This document shows, in pieces, positions 50,636-63,125 of a DNA stretch of 64,000 nt. This DNA is from Hemiscyllium ocellatum (taxonomy: Eukaryota). The stretch spans positions 14,727,873-14,791,872 of the forward strand of contig NC_083409.1 of NCBI RefSeq assembly GCF_020745735.1, in the 5' to 3' direction. Below the pieces are notes generated by a model, which ran no database searches, was not told the DNA's origin, and saw only the letters and a program-made list of their open reading frames with translations. Made by a program: the position numbers and the translations under genes. Position 1 is the stretch's first letter. Every line of letters begins with the position of its first letter.

Positions 50636-51755
50636 ATCTTGGGTCCGCAGACCTCTGGAGACGTTAACTTATTTTTTACAGTCTTGGAATTGTTTCTCAG
50701 AACTTTCAACAAGCCAATCACTGGAAAATAACTAAAGAGAGCAGCCAAGAACAGCCAGTCCAGAAGAAGTCCAAACCAAAACTGTCACCTGCCCAAAACC
50801 CAGTCAGAGCCAGTTCACTTGGTTTTCCGCCTCTTTTTCAACATTCGTTGTGAGCAGGCCAGCACCAGTCCTTCCTAGATTGTTCAATTTAACATCCAAC
50901 ACGTCTCTGAGCACAGCAGCACCAGGGTGCTGAAACTTCTGGAGTGTTCTTAGACCAGTAATTAATCTGCATTGTCTTTCCAGGCCAGCAGACATCTATC
51001 TTTGTTCTCCCCCTTTTTTGTTTTAAAACTAGTTGCTTTTCAAAGTTCAATTCTTAACTTCAGCTCACAGTTCCAAACCAAAAATGAGAAATAACATAGT
51101 GATGGTCTCAACAAGTTGCTGATTTTTGTTGGCATAGATGTTGCCAATCACGCAGTGTCACGCAGAATTGGAATGTTATGTTACTTGCTGTTGGACTCAC
51201 TACAGATTTGTCAGATTCTGTACTTGCTCAACCCAGGCACACTTTCCAACTTGCCCAGCAGCAAGAGCTAATACGCAATTCTCGTGAGTGGAAATTTGCC
51301 TATTCATCATCTTTCTCTTCTGCAAAGTACTTGGCAGCTGAGGACAGTTTTTCAGGTTTGAGAACTCAGGTTAACTCACCACAGGCCAGGAAGCAACCTC
51401 CTGAAATAAAATCAGAAATGCTCACTCAAAGTTAGGCATCAGCTGTCGAAAAAGAACGTGAGTAACTCTTTCATGATGATTTTCCACCTGGAGTACTTGA
51501 CTGTTTGAGTTTGTGTTGACAATACATTTTGTCGAAGAAAAACAAAGTTTTCATCAAGAACAAGCATTATAAGTTGTAAAAGTTGCACAGTGCCTCCTGG
51601 AAACTGTGCAACTTAGAACTTAATGGGTTATGGAGTCGTGTGCCCTGACTTCATTTTTGTCTGTAGTTTGTTGTCAAAATAAATTTATTGACGACGTAAA
51701 GACGGGTTTGGTTGGTCTCTAACATGGTAATACATTGTATACAATTTCGTCACAG

Positions 51756-51899
51756 GCTGAAATCAGGCATCTTGAAAAAGCCAGCAAAGCTGCTCACAGG
51801 GAGAGGCAGCTGATCCTGAAACAGCAGGAGGAGATTCAATACATCCAGTCCACCATCAAAATTCAGGAGAGGCTCAAATCAGCTGGGGAGAGCAAGTTG
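51756..51899 (+). CDS. CEP350: CEP350-like middle exon D (open frame)
   Basis: CAG|AEIRHLEKASKAAHRERQLILKQQEEI..QERLKSAGESKL|GTTAGT; phase 0 to phase 0. Confidence 0.85.
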
Positions 51900-52745
51900 G
51901 TTAGTATCCCACCATTTGCAAACATCTGAACTGATCAATTCAAGGTTATTATTCAAGTAAGGAATTACTTACTCTGCAGCATGAATGATGGGTGATCACT
52001 TTCAATCCAAACTTGCTATCAGCCAGGTTTCTGGTCTATATTATCATTACAATATAAATAAAACTTTTACTATTTTACAGAAAAGATGTAAGAATGGTTT
52101 GTCTGCCACTGAGAAGCATCAACTTATGCCTCGGTACTTTTATTAAGTTGAAAATATGTTCACATGTTCCCTTATGTCGAGGCCAAATCTCTGCAACCTA
52201 AAACTGCATCTTCAGGACTACCTGCTGCTGCCGAGAATACCATCCTTTGTATTCATCGATATCGTGTTTTGTTCTGCATCCTGTAGAAGTGACAGCACAA
52301 GAAATGGAGCTTTCAGCCCAATGTATCTGTGCTTCTGTTCTTTCGCTCCCTGCAATCTGGCTCCGACCTGTTATCAGCATATCCTACAAAGGGGTCAAAA
52401 CACTTTTGCACTTGATCATGTGCATAGGAATGGGACTAGGTTGTTGAGCCACTCATCTGTTTGCACTTCTATTATAATTGATCCACATCTCCCTCCCCTA
52501 ATCTGTTTCCCTGAATAAACACTCCCAACAAACAAAAAAGTCAGTCTTACTTTAGAAATTTTCAATTAATTAAAGCTCAATTAATTCAAAACCAATGAAA
52601 CACACTCCCTGCCTGAAAGGAAATGTGCTTAGTTGCAGAAACCAGTCTTTGAATCTCATCTGTGTTTCACTGCAACTAATTCTGGAGCTGTTTCCATTTA
52701 GGAACAACCGTAACTTTCCATGCGCCCATCTTGGTATATTCTCAG

Positions 52746-52933
52746 GTTCCAACTCGACAGGAGCAGCGGAATGCAGAACAACCAGAAGTGGAGAATGTTT
52801 CCAAAGTGAGCCCCGCTTCCAGTTGCCTACAAACAGATACAGAGACGTGGAGTCCCTCCTCTGTTTCGACTTCAGGTAGCGAGACCAGCAACATCATGCA
52901 AAAACAGAAGATGCGCAGTCATGTGGATGAAAA
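52746..52933 (+). CDS. CEP350: CEP350-like middle exon E (open frame)
   Basis: CAG|VPTRQ..TETWSPSSVSTSGSETSNIMQKQKMRSHVDE(K)|GTAATA; phase 0 to phase 2. Confidence 0.8.
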
Positions 52934-53125
52934 GTAATATCTCTTATGGCTTCTTATAAGGCATATTGCTGTGAAAGACTGGCAAGCCTAACCACCTCAT
53001 TTGTCAGCTGGTGATGTTATAGAGAGGATGAGAAAGAGTGGCTCTGAGCAGAGGTAAATATGAAATCTATTTGACTGTTTTCAAAGGCAGTGAGTTTGCT
53101 GAATATGGTGTTTCTTTGAGTCCCC

Positions 53126-55904
53126 AACGGACTGGTGGGAAACAGTAAAAGGGAACATCAAGAGGTTCTTCATCCTCAAAGGTGTTCAGGAGGCGAGACA
53201 GAGGCGGGGAAAACTGTCCCAACTCCAGGAAAATATGCAGAATTTGCTCCTGCTATAGACGATGGGGGTTGATGTCATGGAGGACCTCAAGGAGGTGAAG
53301 GGCCAGCAAGCCTCACTCTTTGCCTCGGAGGCCTCCAAAATAATCTCCCGGTCCAGGGTCCGCTCGGTGGAGCAGGACGAGATATGCTCACGTTTCTTCT
53401 TCCAGAAGGTGCACGAAGAGAGCTCTGAGCTCAACAGCCTGAAGGAAGAAGATGGCTCGATAACGTCATCTCAGGCTGATGTCATGAGGATCAGTAAATC
53501 CTTCTATGCCAGTCTGTATGACGCGAAGCCGACTGACAGCGCGGCCTACTAGTCGTTCCTGTCCTCTATCACGGAGGTCTTAGACGACAGAACACGCGAG
53601 AGGCTGTACCAGCCGCTATCTCTGGATGAGCTAACCAAGACCCTCGAGTCCTTCGAAAAGAATAAAACTCCCGGAAGCGACGGCTTCCCGGTCGAGCTCT
53701 ATTCCGCTCTGTGGGACTTGTTTGGCCAGGACCTGCTGGAGGTGTATGTCAGTATGCTTCGGGCAGGTACCATGAGTGAATCCATGAGGAAAGGCATCAT
53801 CACCCTCATCTACAAGCGGAAGGAGCGAGGGAGGAACTCAAAAATTGGAGACCAATTTCACTGTTGAATGCGGATTACAAAGTTCTGTCAAAGGTAATCA
53901 CCAACCGGGTCAGATCTGCTCTGGGGTCAGTGATTCACCCTGACCAAACCTGTGCTGTGCCAGGCAGGAAGATCGCTGAGAGTCTCGCACTCCTCAGGGA
54001 TATGATCGCCTACGTGCAGGACAGAGGGTTGGACACCTGCCTGATCAACCTGGACCAGGAGAAAGCCTTTGACAGGATATCACACAGGTATATGAGAGAT
54101 ATTCTCTCCAAAATGGACTTTGGGAGGGAATCTGCAATTGGATCAGACTGCTCTACACCAACATTATCAGTGCAGTCTCAATCAATGGGTGGGAATCGGA
54201 TAGCTTCCCAGTCAGATCTGGAGTCAGGCAGGGCTGCCCTCTCTCTCCTGCCTTGTTTGTGTGCTGCGTAGAGCCATTTGCCGAGTCCATCAGGAAGGAT
54301 GCAAGCCTGAGAGGGGTGACTATTCCTGGCAGTGGGGGCCTGCAGGTTAATGCCTCCCTGTACATGGATGACGTCGCTGTTTTCTGCTCGGATCTGCTGT
54401 CCGTGCACAGACTCATGTGCATATGTGACCAGTTCGAACGGTCTCGGGGGCCAAGGTAAATCGAGACAAGAGCGAGGCCATGCTCTTCGGGAACTGGGCC
54501 GACCAATCCTCGATCCCATTCACCGTCAGGACCGACCACCTGAAGGTGCTGGGTATTTGGTTCGGGGAGGCGGGGGCGTGCACCAAGTCTTGGGAGGAGC
54601 GTATCAGCAAAGTGAGGCAGAAACTGAGCAGATGGAAGCTACGGTTGCTCTCCATCGCGCGAAAAAAACCTGGTCATCAGGTGTGAGGCACTGTCATTGC
54701 TGTTATACGTGGCACACGTGTGGCCTATTCCCAGAACCTGTGCTGCTGCAGTCACCCGGGCCATCTTCCAGTTTATATGGAGATCAAAGATGGGCCCGGT
54801 CCAAAGGGACTCGCTGTACAAAGATCTGGGCAACGTGGGGAAAAAATACACCCAATGCCACCCTCACCCTGATGGCCACCTTTGTGTGTGGCTGCATCAA
54901 GCTGTGCGTGGATCCCAGGAACGCAAACACCAAGTGTCACTACGTACTGAGGTTCTGCCTGTCCCTGGTCTTGCGAAGGATGGGCCTGGCCTCGCTGCCG
55001 CGGAACGCTCTGAGTAGATGCACCATTCCTTCGTGGCGAAGTTTATGAAGAAAAACACCTTTGACCACAAGTCCATCAGGAAGTGGTCAGCACGTAGTGT
55101 CCTTGAGACCCTTCGGGAAAAGGAGAGGGCGGATCCTATTGAGCAGTTCCCTGAGCAGACTGTCAAAGCCATTTGGCAGAATGCTTCATCGCCAGAACTT
55201 TCCAACAAGCACCAAGACATGGCTTGGCTGGTAGTGAGAAGGGCTCTGCCTGTGAGATCCTTTATGCACGCCTGGACACTCTCCCGCACCGCACGCTGCC
55301 CTCGAAGCGGCTGCGGGGGCGACGAGACTGTCAAACACCTCCTCCTGGAATGTGCCTACGCAGAAGAAGTCTGGAAAGCAATGCAGTGATGTTTGTCGAG
55401 GTTCGTCCTGAGCAGCGCCATGACACGGGACTCCGTGCTCTACGGCCTGTTCCCCGGGACGCACACCGAGACGAACATCAACTGCGCCTGGAGAATCATC
55501 AACTCGGTGAAGGACGCTCTCTGGGCGGTCCGAAACCTGTTGATCTTCCAGCTGAAGGAGTTGACCCCGACTGAGTGTTCCGGACTGGCACATTCCAAGG
55601 TCCATGACTACATGTTGAGGGATGCGCTGATGCTTGGGGCAACTGCCGCCAAGGCGCGTTGGGGAAGGACCACCGTGTAACATCTGCCTGTCTAAAGAAG
55701 AACAGTGGGGTCCATGCAGTCATTTGGGCTCTGCTGACGCCTCAGCTAAATATATGGGCATATGATTGAAAAATGTACAGACCTGTATATAAAAATGATA
55801 AATTCTGATCTCTGTATGTAAATGTTTACATATGTTTGGCATGACCAACTGCACAGACCATCAAATTATTTTATGAATAAAGTATATTTTTGAAATAAAA
55901 AAAA
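53126..55904 (+). mobile_element. 5'-truncated Tx1-like (L1-clade) non-LTR retrotransposon
   Basis: WWETVKGNIKRFF, KTPGSDG, NWRPISLLNADYK, LDQEKAFDR, YMDDV, a C-terminal CxxxxC..ET..HLLLEC zinc-finger-like motif, AATAAA and a poly(A) end. Confidence 0.9.
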
Positions 55905-56379
55905 TGGAGAGAATGAGAAAGAGAGAGACCGAGTGGCTCTGAGCAGAGATAAATATATGAAGTCCATTTAACTGTGTTTTTCAAAGGCAGTGTGTTTGCT
56001 GCAAATGGTGTTTCTAATGATCCCCCCTGAGATGTTGTCATGTTTGACCCTGCGAGTGGGGCAGCAAAACATCAATATGGCCTCACTGCTACTGCTCTCC
56101 AAGTAGGGGAGCTTTTTTCTTACCCTCATCTTTTTTTATTCACACCCATTGCCCTGGAATAACAGTCTCAGAATGGGATTGCAATGTGAAAATTTTCACG
56201 CGTGCAAAGCTTGCTTTGCCTTTCAGTGGAGTGTGTTGGGAAACTGGAGGTACATGCAAATGTTGCAGGAATTGTTTTTCCTGGTGGAATTATCAGTTTG
56301 ACATCATTGTGTTAGCTTTTTTATCCTATGAAGACAATTGTGTACACTACAGAGGATGCAAACAGATCTTATTAGGGCA

Positions 56380-56690
56380 GCACCATGGCTCAATGGCGAG
56401 CACTTCTGCCTCACAGTGCCAGGAACCCAGGTTCGATTCTACCTTCAGGTGACTCTGTGGAGTTTGCACATTCTCCCAATGTCTGCATGGGTTTCCTCCC
56501 GCAGTCCACAAATATGCAGGTTAGGTGGATTGGCCATGCTAAATTGCCCATAGTGCCTAGCGATATGCAGGGTAGGTGAAATAACCTTGGGAAATGCAGA
56601 GTTACACTGATAGTGTAGGGGAGTGAGTCTGAGTGGGATGCTGTTCCAATGGTCATTACGGACTCAATGGGCTGTTTCCACACTGAGGGA
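56380..56690 (+). mobile_element. V-SINE (HE1-like), diverged
   Basis: Homologous to 35107-35437. Confidence 0.85.
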
Positions 56691-57279
56691 TTCTATGATT
56701 TGTTCCAATCAGTTCACATCAGTGTTACTGCTCCTATCACCTTTGCTCATCTATTACCCTGATCCTCTATTCCGTTCTCCCTCTAATCTTGTCTATCCTC
56801 CCCTTAAACACCCGTATCATATTTGATTCAACTGCTCCCTGTTCAGTCTTCATTGCTGTAATCCAATTCTGCAGATCTTCCATATCTCCCTGATGGATTT
56901 CTTGGTGAATACTTTGTGACCTCAAGGTAGCTCTTCCCTGTGAAAGGAAACATTCTGTCTGTATCCAGTCTGCTGAACCCTCTCACCATTTTAAAGACCT
57001 CTATTATGTCCCTGTTTGGCCTTCTTTCAGAGAAAAGAGACATAGCCTGTCAACCCTTTCCTGAGATGTGAACCCACACATTCCTGTGACCAACCTTGTC
57101 AATCTTGTCTGTGTACCCACTTCAGCTTCTCCTTTTTCTATTTATAGTATGATAATCAGCCTGCACACAGTATCCAAGTGTGGTTTCAGCAAGGTTTGAT
57201 TCAGGTTTAGCAGATTTAATAAATAATTAGATTGGGTTTTTTTAAACGACTGGTGTTTTTTTCTGATCTAATTAATTTA

Positions 57280-57830
57280 AATAAATGTGAGGTACTGCAT
57301 TTTGGTAAGGCAAATCAGGGCAGGATTTAATGGGAAGGTATTGGGCAGTGTTGCTGAACAAGGAAACCTTGGGGTGCAGGTTCCTAGTTCCTTGAAGACG
57401 GAGTTTCAGTCAGACAGGGTCGTGAAGAAACCGTTTGGTGTGCTTGCCTTTATTGGTCAGTGCATTGAGTATAAGAGTTGGGATGTCATGTTATGGTTGT
57501 ACAGGACATTAGTGAGGCCACTTTTGGAATAATGCATTCAGTGCTGGTGTGTTGTCAAACTTGAAAGGATTCAGAAAAGGTTTAGAAGGATGTTGCGAGG
57601 GTTGAAGGTTTGAGCTATAGGGAGAGGCTGAAGGGTAACCTTAAAAGTTTACAAAATCATGCGGGGCATGGATAGGGTGAATAGCCGTGATCTTTTTCCC
57701 AGGATAGCGGAGTCGAAACTAGAGAGCATAAGTAAGAAAGGAAAAATTTAAAAGTTACTTAAGGGGCAACTTTTTCACACACGTATGGAATGAGCTGCCA
57801 GAGTTGGTAGTGAAGGCAGCAATAATTACC
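57280..57830 (+). mobile_element. CR1-type LINE fragment
   Basis: LHFGKAN..LYRTLVRPLLE motifs. Confidence 0.82.
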
Positions 57831-59199
57831 ACATTAAACAAACATCAGATGGGTTTGTAATCTGTGGTTGGACTGTTCGGAAGGCAGTGCTTGAGATTCT
57901 CCCACTATCTAAGTCAGATAGAGAAATGGAGCTGGGGTTGGTTTTGATGAGCTCTGTTGCCATTTGAAGTTCATGAATCCGAGCAGAAGGGGTTGTGTTG
58001 AGGTAGAGGTGTAGGGAAGTTGGCTCCAAATGTTTTGATGAATTATTTGTAATTTCTCCTCAATAATGTGAGGTTTTCTTGAGTATCTAAAGATAAAGCA
58101 ATTTTGGGATGATACTCAGCTGTTTTGTTTTTCTTATATAGCTCCTTTTTCTTTTGGAAACATCGCACTCCTGTCACTACTACTTCTGTCTTTATGTCTC
58201 ACCACTGGGCTTCTCTCAGTGTCTGTTTCCCGAACATGCATCCCAAATTCCAGCTGTCCATCTACAACCAGCTGGTCAGGTACTGTGCAACCTCTGCTTC
58301 TCACTGATCGAGCATGCTCTGCTTCATCACATGCATGTGGATGATGTGGGGGGTCGGTGGAGGGTCAAGGGAAAGGAATTGTGTCGAGAAACATCCATTC
58401 CTTTGGCTTAGTTGTGGCTTTACATAGATGCAGCAAGCTGCTAATTGGCAATGTACTGCAGACCTTATAATTAATCTGGAACGTGCTTTTAAAGGGGTAT
58501 TACTGTGAAAGCAAGAAGTTGAAGTTACACAAATAATCTTGAGCTGCTCGTGCTAACAGGGTACAATAAAGATTGACCTGTTTTACGTTGAGTTGGACTT
58601 TTGCAAATAGTCTGGCAGAGTTAGCAGCCCACTAACCTTGATAAATGTAGCTTTAAGAAATCTGAAAATTGAGTTGCAAGATTGAATTTTCAGCTGGCAC
58701 TGCCTCTTTAAGAGGGCAAATGTGTCTTTGGTGAACAGTGAGGTATTCTTATGGATGTGAAAACTTAATTGGTATGTAACTGTCAGAGTAGACATGAGTA
58801 TCTCCAACTACATGCAGCTACTTTTGTTAAAATGCCTGTCAGTTTAATAGTGCTGTCAGATCTCAAATCTTTGTTTAAAATTGAAAGTACCAATAAGAAA
58901 TAATATTCAGGGCTCAGTGCTGCATTTAGTAGCAACTGGACAAACTCAGGAGCATTTTGGATGATTTTAGCTGTGGCAGGAATTCTGTATTGATCTCTAA
59001 TTTGAATTTAATCTTGCTTCAGAGCTATTTGATTTCCCCTTTTTTATTTTTTATACTGCATTCAAAATTAAATTTGTTACTTTAATACTTTTCTGCAGCT
59101 CCTTCGTAGACTCCCACAGAAAAGGCAATGACATCTCCCTCTTTTTGCTTTGTTGACTGTTGGTATTTCTACCGTACAGGATCTGTTATGGGGTAATCA

Positions 59200-59765
59200 A
59201 CCATCTTCTTCCTGTTCAGTTTTCAAGAGAAAAGCGCTTGGCATTGATGGCAGGGTTACTTAGCTGAGATTTTAACTGGATCACCCACATAAATACTCTG
59301 GCTGCAAGAGCAGCCCAGCAGCTAGGTGTTCTGCAAAGAATAACTGACCAAAGCCTGAGAGGCACTTTCTGGGAGTGTGATGGAATACTCTCCATGTGCT
59401 TGCATGAGTACTGCTCCAACAGCAAGGAAAATGCTTGACATTGTCCTGAGCAAAGCAGCCCACTTGGTTGACATCCCACCCATTGATTTCCTCCTCAATG
59501 GCACACATTTGCAGCAGTGTGTACCACATATGAGATGCACTACAGCAACTAACCAAGGCTTTGACAGCACCTTCCAAACCCATGATCTGTGCCATCTAAA
59601 GACAATAGTAGCTACTGCTCCCTTACTAATGCTACCACCTCCCAATTCCCTTCCAAGGTGCATAACATTTTGAATTGGAATTATATCACTAAACCTGGAA
59701 CACATCCTGACAGCACTGTGGGTGTATCTTCAAGAGGGCAATATACCACCACTTATGGGCAATTG
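59200..59765 (+). mobile_element. CR1/L2-group LINE 3' fragment
   Basis: MEYSPCAC..KMLDIVLSKAAHLV RT C-terminal motif with the 3' tail GGGCAATTGGGAATGAGCAACAAATGCTGG; related tails recur near 200-290, 10340-10430 and 18950-19000. Confidence 0.65.
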
Positions 59766-60399
59766 GGAATGAGCAACAAATGCTGGTTTCATTGGCACCA
59801 CTCTTATTCCTTGAAACCATTTTCAATGAAAGCAAGTAACACAAATATACCCCGTGGTTACAGTGCAGCTGTGTACACAATCTGCAGACACTGTGCTATC
59901 AACTTTACCTGTTCTAAATAGTATTTTCATTAGAACACTGCATCTAACTGAATATTTATTCATTAATTAATCATAAGAGAGGAAAAGTTTTGTCATTTTG
60001 CAGCAATGCAATAGTATTTTGTGATAATCCAGTTTAATTGAAGATCTCTTTGTCTTATACAATGTGATGTGAACGTTTAGATTACTTGGAGGCTGTACTA
60101 CATTTCTGAATGAAATTCACTCAATTAGTGAAATCATTGAAAAATATTGCAGAATTTGAAGTGTGAATTATATTTGCTGTGTGAATGTTGTAATATTGGA
60201 AAGCTAATAGAAACTAGTATGTTCTCCCAGGGTGAATTAAATACCACTGGAACTTTGGAGCAATTATGCTTGTGTAAACCTTTATAGAGGCTGTTTTTAA
60301 AAAAAAGCTTTTTCTTTTGTGATCCAGATCAGCAATTAACATGCTTTAGAAGTATTTGTGTATTTTTCCTCTTAGTCACATGAAAAGCCTGCTCTGTCA

Positions 60400-61330
60400 T
60401 TCAGTATGACCATGACTGATCATCCAACTCCATATCCTGGTCCCACTTTCTCCCCATGCCATTTGATCTCTTTAGCCATGAGGAATTATATCTAACCCTT
60501 GAAAACATTCAATGTTTTGTCCTGAAATACATTTTGTGGCAGAGAATTTTGTTGGTTTAACACTATCTGGATGAAGAAATTTCTCCCTATCTCAGTTCTG
60601 AACAGCCTAACCTATATCCTTTAGACTATGACCACTGGTTCTGGCCTACCCCACCATGAAGGCCAACATACCATTTGCCTACACTGCCTGCTGCACCTGC
60701 ATGCTTACTCTCAGTGACTGGTGTACAAAGACACCCTTTGTTGGAACTCTCCCTTCCCTAATCTATTCAGATAATCTTGCTGTCTGTTTTTGCAACCAAA
60801 AATTTCACATTTATCAAAATTATCTTTCATCTGCCATGGATTTTCCCAATCACTCAACTTATGTAAATCACACTTGATTTAAATCTCTGCATCCTCCTCA
60901 CAGTTTACCCTTCCACCCAGCTTTGTGTCACCCACAAACTTAGAAATAGTAATAGTTCCCTCATTTAAATCATTTGTATATATTGTGAATAACTGGGTTT
61001 GAACCACTGATCCCTGTAGTACCTCACTGGTCACTGGCTGCCACTCAGAAAATGGCCTGTTTATTCCAGCTCTTTGTTTCCTGTCTGCCAACTAGCTCTC
61101 TGTCCATGTAAATACACTCCCCCCCAATCTCTCACATTATATGCTAATTTCTTATGTGGGACCTGATCAAAAGCATTCTGAAGTCAAAATAAGTCCCACT
61201 GGTTGCCCCTTATCAATTCTACTAGGTAGATCCTGAAAATTTCAGTAGATTGCTAAGTATGATTCCCCTCTTTTAAATCCATGCCAACTCTGTCCAATCC
61301 TGTCACTGTTCTGTAAGAAACTTGACTGTA
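60400..61330 (-). mobile_element. CR1-type LINE fragment
   Basis: VLQGSVV..QLFTIYTNDL..KFVGDTKLGG motifs. Confidence 0.82.
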
Positions 61331-62039
61331 CGCTAATCTAGCTTATAAATGTATCTGCTCCCAGAATTTGGAAAGCGGACGCACTGCCCTCCAAATAAAA
61401 ATCTGCTGTTGCAGGCTTCACTCTTATCGCATACATTTATTGTCCAGTTCTTTAATGTGATCATTGATTTTACAAACAATTTCCAAAATTCTTTAAATCC
61501 TGAAGAAATGTGATGCTAGCCCTTTGTAGAAGTGAATGGAAAGTGTGATGCTTGCTTGACCTTTGTCTCTATGGATCAGACTGAACCGAACCTTTAGCAA
61601 GATGTGGGTTGTGTCCCACAAACATTTTTTGAAAAGCAAATATTATTCTCTGAGATTTAAGTATTCAATTAGGTATGATCAAAAAACCTCGCAAAAATTG
61701 AGAGTTTGTTTTCAGCTCCTTTAAAGAGACATGCTCTAGGCTGACAATTTTCTGTCATGTGATCATTCTTTGATAAAGATGGCTGTGTCCAACACTCCAG
61801 GATGTTGTGCTGAAGTGCCTAATTGGGTGGGTGAGCTTTATTACTGGTGTAACTTGGCTCATTTTGAGATGGAATGCTACTTTGAGATAAATCTTGTTTT
61901 TAAACTGAGGTGTCAATGTGTCACTCAAGTGTGGAAACTACGCTCAAGTTTACGCTTTTGTTTCACCTTCGCAGATTAGTATTTTTCTGATCTGTTTTAT
62001 AAATTTCAATATAGAAAATGTAGTGCCGGCGAAACTCAG

Positions 62040-62225
62040 GTCCATCAGCATCTCTGAAGCGAAAAAAAACGTTGAGTCTCAAGTCCAGAGACCTTTTGTC
62101 CGTTCAGATGAAGAGTCAGTGAACATAAAACATAACTTCTGTTTCTCTTCACAGATGCTGTCAGACCTGCTGAGTTTCTCAAGCACTTTGTTTCTTTGGT
62201 TCAGATGTCCAGCATCTGCAGCTCT
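62040..62225. mobile_element. Degenerate inverted-arm PLE-derived element
   Basis: GAAACTCAGG..CAGCATCT and AGATGCTG..CCTGCTGAGTTTC form imperfect inverted arms around a decayed (C)AGATGAAGAGTCA core. Confidence 0.55.
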
Positions 62226-62609
62226 TTGTTTTATTACAGACCCTAGTAATTTGACTTGGGGAGCGAGAGACAGCAACTGTGGTAAACTAGAATAAAAATC
62301 CCCCACCTTGGCAAAAAAAATGCATAATTCCTTATGTTTTGCAAAACACTGTAAAAAGTAAATAGAAAATGCTATTGAGCTAAATGTAAGAAGGCGTATC
62401 ATCTGACTTGTCTCAAACCTCTGACTAAGCTTTGAGGACCCGGCTATCAATTGTATTTGCTTGCTTCCTTTAAGATTACAGTCCACAAATGTCCCAGTTC
62501 CAGTCCCTGGGCCGGGCCAGGTTACCAATTGCAGTGGGGTGGGGAGCTCTGTGTCAAACTGAAGTTTTGATTTGGAGATGCTGGTGTTGGACTGGGTGTA
62601 CAAAGTTAA

Positions 62610-62768
62610 AAATCACACAACACCAAATTATAGTCCAACAGGTTTAATTGGAAGCACACTAGCTTTCGGAGTGACGCTCCTTCAAACACCTGATGAAGGA
62701 GCGTCGCTCCGAAAGCTAGTGTGCTTCCAATTAAACCTGTTGGACTGTAACCTGGTGTTGTGTGATTT
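62610..62768. mobile_element. Palindromic PLE-derived element (75-bp arms, 9-nt loop)
   Basis: 62610-62684 and 62694-62768 are near-perfect inverted repeats. Confidence 0.9.
62686..62722 (+). ncRNA. Minimal type I hammerhead ribozyme motif
   Basis: ACAC CTGATGA A GGAGC-GTC-GCTCC GAAA G CTA GTGT: 4-bp stem I, 5-bp stem II, palindromic AGCU stem III, CUA triplet. Confidence 0.7.
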
Positions 62769-63125
62769 AAAACTGAAGTTTGTTTTTAAGAGCAGCATTG
62801 CAGATTGAAGTTGATGGTTTTAACTAATATTGCATCAGCAAACTTGAAGGAAACCATTTTGAATGTGTTGATTAACTGCACTGAGTCTATTTACATGCAG
62901 TAGTGCTACAATGTTCTCGGATGTGTGAAGGGGCCAAGGAGACATTGCCCCTTGGCCAAGGAGAATTTTGTTTGTGTTGTGCAACTATAACCCAAACAGT
63001 GTTGACTTTCAAAAGTAAGAATTATACATTTTGAGCTGCAGGTTAATGTCCAATTTTAGAAATGAATATCAGCGCTAGCTGACACCTCCTTTCGCTCTCC
63101 CCCATCCTGCTTGCATGTCCATCAG

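Noticed and set aside
59098-59162. Exon-like AG..GT segment in the last CEP350-like intron
   Set aside because: No recognisable homology; exons E and F already join directly in the recalled protein.
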